A DNA stretch of 43,470 bases from Chlamydiales bacterium (GTDB lineage Bacteria; Chlamydiota; Chlamydiia; Chlamydiales; JBDQID01). Position 1 is the stretch's first letter, and each line of letters opens with the position of its first letter. Both the position numbers and the translations under genes were made by a program. The stretch covers positions 1 to 43,470 of the forward strand of contig JBLFWS010000006.1 in assembly GCA_047611865.1 (NCBI GenBank), given 5' to 3'. The notes under the pieces were generated by a model, which worked only from the letters and a program-made list of their open reading frames with translations, was not told where the DNA came from and searched no databases. Below, piece after piece: positions 37,965 to 43,470 of this stretch.

Positions 37965-39146
37965 ATGGTCAAGAAAGAAAAAAAGGTTGTTCTGAAAAAG
38001 GGCAAAGAGAAAGCCTTACGTAACAAGCACCACTGGATTTTCTCCGGTGCCGTACATGCACTCCCCACATTTTCTCCCGGTGAGATCCTTCCGGTATATT
38101 CTTTCGAAAAAGAATTACTTGGATCTGCTTATTTCAATTCATCCTCCTCTATTATTGGCAGAATGCTTTCTTTTGGCGATGAAGATCCATTAACTAGCGT
38201 AAGGAATAACCTCGACAAAGCCATCAATCTGAGAGAGCATTACTTTGATGAGTCTAAAACAAATGCTTACCGCTTGGTAAATGGTGAAGGCGATAGAATT
38301 CCCGGATTGATCGTAGACAAGTATGCCGATGTACTGGTCTTACAAGTCAGCACCTTGGGTATCGATAAAATTAAAAATGAAATCCTGTCTTTTCTTTTGA
38401 AAAGATTTCCTTCCTGTCAAATGATTTTAGAAAAATCCCAACTGCCTTCAAGAAAAGAAGAAGGCTTGGAAAATTTTGAAGGCTTGCTGCACGGAAAAGA
38501 AATAGACGAAGTAGAAGTTATAGAAAATTCCGTCAAATTCCTTGTCTCATTTTCAAAATCTCAGAAAACGGGTTTTTTTCTCGACCAAAGAGATATGCGA
38601 GATTTAGTGGGTCAACTTTCTCATAAAAAGAGAGTTTTAAATTGTTTTTCCTACTCTGGAGGATTTTCTCTTTATGCAGCTAAAATGGGTGCTGACAAGG
38701 TTGTTTCTGTAGACATCTCCCAAAGCGCCATCGACCTGGCACAAAGAAATTTTGATTTAAATGGCCATAGCCTGGAAGAAGGTTCTCTAATTTGTGATGA
38801 TGTATTCCAATACTTACGTAAAGATTCTTTGGACTTTGATATCGTCATCCTGGACCCTCCAGCCTTCGCCAAAAAGAAGGGCGACGTAAAAAAAGCTTGT
38901 CGAGGCTATAAAGATATTAATCGTCTGGCTCTTCAAAAAATGCCTAGCTCCAGCTTATTGCTCACATGCTCCTGCTCCTATCATGTCGACGAAAAACTTT
39001 TTCAAACTGTCGTCTTTCAGGCTGCTCAAGAAAGTGGTCGTGAAGTTCAGATCCTCACACAACATCGTCAGGCTTTTGACCACCCCGTAAATATCTTTCA
39101 CCCAGAGGGAAAATACCTTAAAAGTTTACTACTATATGTGAGCTAA
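37965..39146 (+). CDS. rlmI: RlmI/RlmK-family SAM-dependent rRNA methyltransferase
   Basis: HHWIFSG, YRLVNGEGD..PGL, QKTGFFLDQR, VLNCFSYSGGFS, ILDPPAF, TCSCS. Start is uncertain (37908, 37956 or 37965). Confidence 0.85.
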   Translation: MVKKEKKVVLKKGKEKALRNKHHWIFSGAVHALPTFSPGEILPVYSFEKELLGSAYFNSSSSIIGRMLSFGDEDPLTSVRNNLDKAINLREHYFDESKTNAYRLVNGEGDRIPGLIVDKYADVLVLQVSTLGIDKIKNEILSFLLKRFPSCQMILEKSQLPSRKEEGLENFEGLLHGKEIDEVEVIENSVKFLVSFSKSQKTGFFLDQRDMRDLVGQLSHKKRVLNCFSYSGGFSLYAAKMGADKVVSVDISQSAIDLAQRNFDLNGHSLEEGSLICDDVFQYLRKDSLDFDIVILDPPAFAKKKGDVKKACRGYKDINRLALQKMPSSSLLLTCSCSYHVDEKLFQTVVFQAAQESGREVQILTQHRQAFDHPVNIFHPEGKYLKSLLLYVS

Positions 39147-39180
39147 AAAAAATCGACCCTCAAAATTCAAAGTTTGCGCC

Positions 39181-39231
39181 CTGGGTCGCGTTTCCAAATT
39201 AGGGAATGTCTGATTTGGAAACACGACCTAG
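39181..39231. repeat. 22-bp inverted repeat (terminator or mini mobile-element remnant)
   Basis: CTGGGTCGCGTTTCCAAATTAG / CTGATTTGGAAACACGACCTAG with a 7-nt loop; 19 of 22 pairs are Watson-Crick. Confidence 0.65.
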
Positions 39232-39294
39232 TCCGCTATACTTTTTTTGTTTAACTTTTTTTCATTTGTATGCTAGTATTACTCGTGATTACCA

Positions 39295-40074
39295 ATGGGT
39301 AAAGGCGAGGTTATTGTGTCTTCGGAAATACAAACTGAGAAACAGGGTTTAAATCTTTTTGGACAAAGTCCAAGCCTGTGCTTTCAGTTTATTTTAGCTG
39401 AGTTTATCGAAACGTATAAAGAAGTTCAGACTATAGAAAATATTTATAAGGAAATGGAATCCTTATTGATCAAGCGCCGCCTCTTAGCTGATGTAGACCA
39501 TCTCCTCAGAGAACTTTTAGACTGCATCATAAAGCTGTCCGGCTCTGCCATCATCAACGAAGATTCGTTTTCCTGGATCTCTAGAAAGGGTTGCTTAAGT
39601 AAGCTCAGACAATATTGCTATCCTTTTGTCAATCTCCTCGACAACAAAGAAAGCACCATTGTTAACCTAAATATTTGTGTCAGCAAAGCTTTTCATAGTG
39701 CTTTGCAAGCCCGGGAGGTCATCCTTTACCTCCGTCAGGAAGATCAAAGTGCAAAAAAAATGCCTGACTACGCTATGCTTTACCAGCTTTTGGACAGGCT
39801 AGTAGACAACATCAACCGAGCATCACGCCTTATTTTAAGAGTTATCATCCGTTTCCGCGAAGATGAAAATGTAGTATATTTCCTTTTGAGAAACAAAGAC
39901 CAGCTGGATGCTATATACAAAACAAACTTCGTCACCAAGCTTTTCCGCAAGATGTATCCTGATGGCGTCGAAGAAGCGGGTCAACTCCTCATGAGGAAAT
40001 ATTCCGAAAGAGGTTTTACGAAGTTACTTAATACCATTGCGGGAAAAATTGCGCATGTGGGAAACCCCTCTTAA
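39295..40074 (+). CDS. Hypothetical alpha-helical protein
   Basis: 259-aa ORF, translationally coupled (TAATG) to the next gene. No motif recognised. Confidence 0.7.
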   Translation: MGKGEVIVSSEIQTEKQGLNLFGQSPSLCFQFILAEFIETYKEVQTIENIYKEMESLLIKRRLLADVDHLLRELLDCIIKLSGSAIINEDSFSWISRKGCLSKLRQYCYPFVNLLDNKESTIVNLNICVSKAFHSALQAREVILYLRQEDQSAKKMPDYAMLYQLLDRLVDNINRASRLILRVIIRFREDENVVYFLLRNKDQLDAIYKTNFVTKLFRKMYPDGVEEAGQLLMRKYSERGFTKLLNTIAGKIAHVGNPS

Positions 40075-40946
40075 TGAGCTCTCTCCAAAAGGAATTTTCC
40101 GAAGTCCTCGCTCTTGCCAAGCAATTCCTCGAACAGACTCCTCAAGAAGAATCTTTTGTTTTTTCTACTCCGTCTAACGCTCAATATTTTCGTGAGTTAG
40201 CAAAGAGTATGCCTATTACTTCCGATCCTGTAGATAGGCAGAGACAATCCTTACAAAAAAATAGTTTCGATTCTCCAGCTCCTCCGCCACCGCCACCCAA
40301 AGCGCCTGTACCAGAAGACCCTCCAAAGTCTCAAAATTTTTTCCATGGGAAGGTAAAAAAAGAAAAATCTCCTAAAAAGGAAAGCAATCCCTCCAAAGAA
40401 ACTGGCACCCATCCATTTTTCAAATTAGTTCCTGTTGACGCTGGGCCACCTGATCCTCTTGATGATATGATGTCCGCAATAAAGAAGTACTTTCCAGGAA
40501 TCGATGTCGTAGAGACCCCACCCGATGACAAGCTCGCTCACCAGATTGCAAACAAATGGAAGCAGGTTACGGGAATCCCTGATATTGCAATCCTCTCATA
40601 TCGCGATTCCCCCAAGGAAAAAGAATTTCTTGGCAATGTAGCCAAAGCAGTAAGTAATCAAATAGCCCCCTCCAGTGTACTATCGGCTGTAGAAATTGAA
40701 CATCAAGATAAGTGGAAAAAACTCCTGTCAGCTCCCAATTTAAAATTGGTGATCACTAATGAAAAAGGTATGCATTCCCTTTCCTTAATGATGAAACACC
40801 ACCACCTCAATAACAATAATTCCAGACAATACCTCGGCAAAGTTCCCATACTTTTACTTTCTTCTATTTCACTTTATTTGAGAGACCCTTCCCTGAAGTC
40901 ATCCCTATGGAATGCCATATGCCATTTTAAAAACGAAATCATGTAG
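40074..40946 (+). CDS. Chlamydial conserved hypothetical protein (possibly CT779-like), Pro-rich
   Basis: 290-aa ORF directly upstream of priA, with a poly-Pro linker and C-terminal LK.SLWNAI. Homology is inferred from recalled synteny only. Confidence 0.6.
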   Translation: MSSLQKEFSEVLALAKQFLEQTPQEESFVFSTPSNAQYFRELAKSMPITSDPVDRQRQSLQKNSFDSPAPPPPPPKAPVPEDPPKSQNFFHGKVKKEKSPKKESNPSKETGTHPFFKLVPVDAGPPDPLDDMMSAIKKYFPGIDVVETPPDDKLAHQIANKWKQVTGIPDIAILSYRDSPKEKEFLGNVAKAVSNQIAPSSVLSAVEIEHQDKWKKLLSAPNLKLVITNEKGMHSLSLMMKHHHLNNNNSRQYLGKVPILLLSSISLYLRDPSLKSSLWNAICHFKNEIM

Positions 40947-40950
40947 TGCC

Positions 40951-43188
40951 ATGTCATCATTTACAAAATACGCCTCGATTCTATTAGATGTCGCCATTGA
41001 AAAAGTGTTGGATTATGGAGTCACCTCTGAACAAGAAAGTTTGATCAAGCGTGGTATGCGTGTAGAAGTCCCTGTCCGAGGCCGTCTTTGCAAAGGTTTT
41101 GTCTATAAAATCAAGGACCAGGCTGATTTCCCAAAAGTTCTTCCTATCTCGAAACTTCTTTCTGATGACGAATTGATTTCAGATGAACTTTTCGATCTCG
41201 CTATCTGGATGTCGAGATACTACTGTGCACCCTTGAGGCAGGTATTCAAATCTATCCTTCCTAGCACAATTCGCGGTGATGCCAAGCATAAACAACAACT
41301 TTTTGTCATGCGTGGAAAAACTCGGGAAGAGCTACGAAAAGCTTGTGAAAAGCTCCGTTTAACAAACCAGGCACAAGCTCTTGTTTTGGATGTCATGCTA
41401 AAGGTAACAAAAGGCATCTTACTTACTGAACTTCTGGAGCTCGCGCAAGTGTCAAAGAGTCCGGTGACGACCCTTGCCAACAAAGGTCTTTTATCTCTTG
41501 ATATTGTACGCGTAGATCGCTCCCCTCTAGTGAACGAAGAATATTTCCGTACAAATCACAAAGTTTTGAATGATGAGCAGGCTGTAGCCTTATCTCGAAT
41601 TTCCGACAGTTTGCAGTCCCACAGGTTTGAATCTCACCTCCTATATGGTGTTACAGGTAGCGGTAAAACTGAAGTATATCTTCAGGCTATTGACGAGACA
41701 TTGAAGTTAGGCCGAGGGGCTATCATGCTTGTGCCGGAAATCTCCCTAACCCCTCAAACTGTGGACCGTTTCAGAAGTCGCTTTGAAGGACATATTGCCA
41801 TACTTCATCACCGCCTGAGCGCAGGAGAACGTTATGACGAATGGCACAAAATACGTCGCGGGGAAGCTGGTATAGTTATTGGTGCCCGCTCTGCTATTTT
41901 CAGCCCTCTCCCTAACCTTGGATTAATTATTATCGATGAAGAGCATGAATCGTCCTACAAGCAGACCGATGAAGCCCCATGCTACCATGCGAGAGACGTA
42001 GCTGTAATGAGGGGCTACCTCAGTAAGAGTGCTGTAATACTAGGAAGTGCTACACCGTGCCTGGAAAGTTTCTACAATGCAGAGAAAAAAAAGTACACTC
42101 TCAGCACCCTTTCTCATAGAGCAGACTCCGCAAATTTGCCAACCGTCCGCATTGTAGACATGAAGAAAGAGTATGAGAATAAAAAAGCTAACGGTTCCTT
42201 TTCCGATCTTCTTCTTAAAGGTATTGAAAAACGACTTGCTGATGGAGAGCAAACGATTTTATTTCTCAATCGTCGGGGATATCATTCTCAGCAAATATGC
42301 CTTACCTGTAGTGAAGTCGTCAAATGCACTCAATGTGACTTATCCCTAACTTTTCACTACAACGACAACACTCTTTCCTGCCACCTATGCGGGTATGCCA
42401 TTACCCCCCCTCCTCATAAATGCCCCACCTGTAACAGCCATAGCACTATGAAATTCCGCGGCGTTGGAACGGAGCAGATAGAAAGATCCTTACATGGTAT
42501 TTTCCCCGAAATACGCACCACACGCATGGATGCCGACACCACACGTCACAAAGGCAGCCACGAGCGTTTACTTCGGGATTTTCGTACCGGAAAATCCGAT
42601 GTACTCATTGGAACGCAGATGATTGCTAAGGGGTTGCATTTTCCTCAGGTTACCCTTGTAGGAGTTCTAAACAGTGATTCCAGCCTCAACATACCCGACT
42701 TTCGTTCCTCCGAGCGCACATTTCAACTTCTTACTCAAGTTGCAGGAAGAGCAGGCAGAGGGTACCTCCCAGGAGAAGTTATCATTCAAACACGAATGCC
42801 CGAAAACGACACTATTGCATTAGCGTCCAGACAAGATTACCCCGAATTTTATAAAGACGAAATTTCCGTTAGAGAAATGTTTGGCTATCCTCCCTTCTCC
42901 CACATCATCAAATTCACTTTTACTGGAAAAAATGAAAAACAAACACTTCGATACGGGGAGAACTTTCAGCGCTCCTTCTTATCAAAACTCCCCCCTAACT
43001 ACGAGGTGTCCCCTGTAGCTCCTGCGGGCTATGCCAAGATAAAAGAACGCTATCGCTTCCAATGCTTGGGACGTGGTCCAAGTATTTATTTAATGAACGA
43101 AAAGATTGAAGAAGTAAGACAAAAGCTAGCACCTCCAAGAGACTTACGTCTATCTATTGACATAGATCCCCTGTCGACCTACTTCTAA
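40951..43188 (+). CDS. priA: Primosomal protein N'
   Basis: GVTGSGKTEVY, LVPEISLTPQ, IIDEEHE, LNRRGY, four CxxC pairs, GTQMIAKG, QVAGRAGR, DIDP. ATG 40951 is preferred. Confidence 0.97.
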   Translation: MSSFTKYASILLDVAIEKVLDYGVTSEQESLIKRGMRVEVPVRGRLCKGFVYKIKDQADFPKVLPISKLLSDDELISDELFDLAIWMSRYYCAPLRQVFKSILPSTIRGDAKHKQQLFVMRGKTREELRKACEKLRLTNQAQALVLDVMLKVTKGILLTELLELAQVSKSPVTTLANKGLLSLDIVRVDRSPLVNEEYFRTNHKVLNDEQAVALSRISDSLQSHRFESHLLYGVTGSGKTEVYLQAIDETLKLGRGAIMLVPEISLTPQTVDRFRSRFEGHIAILHHRLSAGERYDEWHKIRRGEAGIVIGARSAIFSPLPNLGLIIIDEEHESSYKQTDEAPCYHARDVAVMRGYLSKSAVILGSATPCLESFYNAEKKKYTLSTLSHRADSANLPTVRIVDMKKEYENKKANGSFSDLLLKGIEKRLADGEQTILFLNRRGYHSQQICLTCSEVVKCTQCDLSLTFHYNDNTLSCHLCGYAITPPPHKCPTCNSHSTMKFRGVGTEQIERSLHGIFPEIRTTRMDADTTRHKGSHERLLRDFRTGKSDVLIGTQMIAKGLHFPQVTLVGVLNSDSSLNIPDFRSSERTFQLLTQVAGRAGRGYLPGEVIIQTRMPENDTIALASRQDYPEFYKDEISVREMFGYPPFSHIIKFTFTGKNEKQTLRYGENFQRSFLSKLPPNYEVSPVAPAGYAKIKERYRFQCLGRGPSIYLMNEKIEEVRQKLAPPRDLRLSIDIDPLSTYF

Positions 43189-43193
43189 TTTCC

Positions 43194-43245
43194 CAGCTTT
43201 TCCCCTCAGCTTTTACCCTCAGTTTTTACCCTCAGCTTTCACTCT
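43194..43245. repeat. Tandem repeat, 4 x 13 bp
   Basis: CAGCTTTTCCCCT CAGCTTTTACCCT CAGTTTTTACCCT CAGCTTTCACTCT. Confidence 0.8.
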
Positions 43246-43262
43246 ATTGACTCTTTTTATTT

Positions 43263-43470
43263 TTTTGACGCGAAGGCAGCGAAGAACGCGAAGGCCGCGA
43301 AGGAAGAAAAGAGGAGAGAAGAAGAGAGAGGAAAGAAAAAGGGAATAGTTTTACCCCAGTTTCCCCGAATAATGCCTTTCATTACTTTCTTGGCTTGCAT
43401 TACGTTTAAATATATTTACCTTACCTCCTCTTAAATACCTTCGTGTTCCTCTTCTTTTTCTCTCCTCTTC
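43263..43470. repeat. Long imperfect palindromic element with 9-bp units (probably truncated by the window end)
   Basis: CGCGAAGGC AGCGAAGAA CGCGAAGGC CGCGAAGGA, then a purine tract AGAGGAGAGAA. The complementary pyrimidine tract TTCTCTCCTCT lies at the window end. Confidence 0.6.

Overview
Chromosomal window from a bacterium that is very probably an environmental member of the phylum Chlamydiota. Support: fused glyQS, a Pkn1-type kinase/FGE-sulfatase protein, and the glyQS-dnaG-mutS and hypothetical-priA neighbourhoods. Citrate synthase argues against Chlamydiaceae. Most genes are housekeeping: OPT transporter, mdh, gltA, queE, queC, uvrC, rlmN, oppA, glyQS, dnaG, mutS, an RlmI-like methyltransferase and priA. 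Notable accessory content: (1) a lone flagellar cap gene fliD with a perfect sigma-54 -24/-12 promoter and an ~80-aa inserted domain, plus an orphan NtrC-family activator elsewhere in the window; (2) three eukaryote-like or exported proteins, namely a BTB-BACK-MATH-like protein, a kinase with WNK-like catalytic lysine placement, and a zeta-class GST with a signal peptide; (3) three copies of a ~200-bp IS903-like MITE with target-site duplications, each upstream of one of those three genes in the same relative orientation; (4) the left end of an IS481-family element and several small palindromic repeats. No rRNA, tRNA or CRISPR array was seen. All assignments come from reading motifs by eye; no database searches were run.
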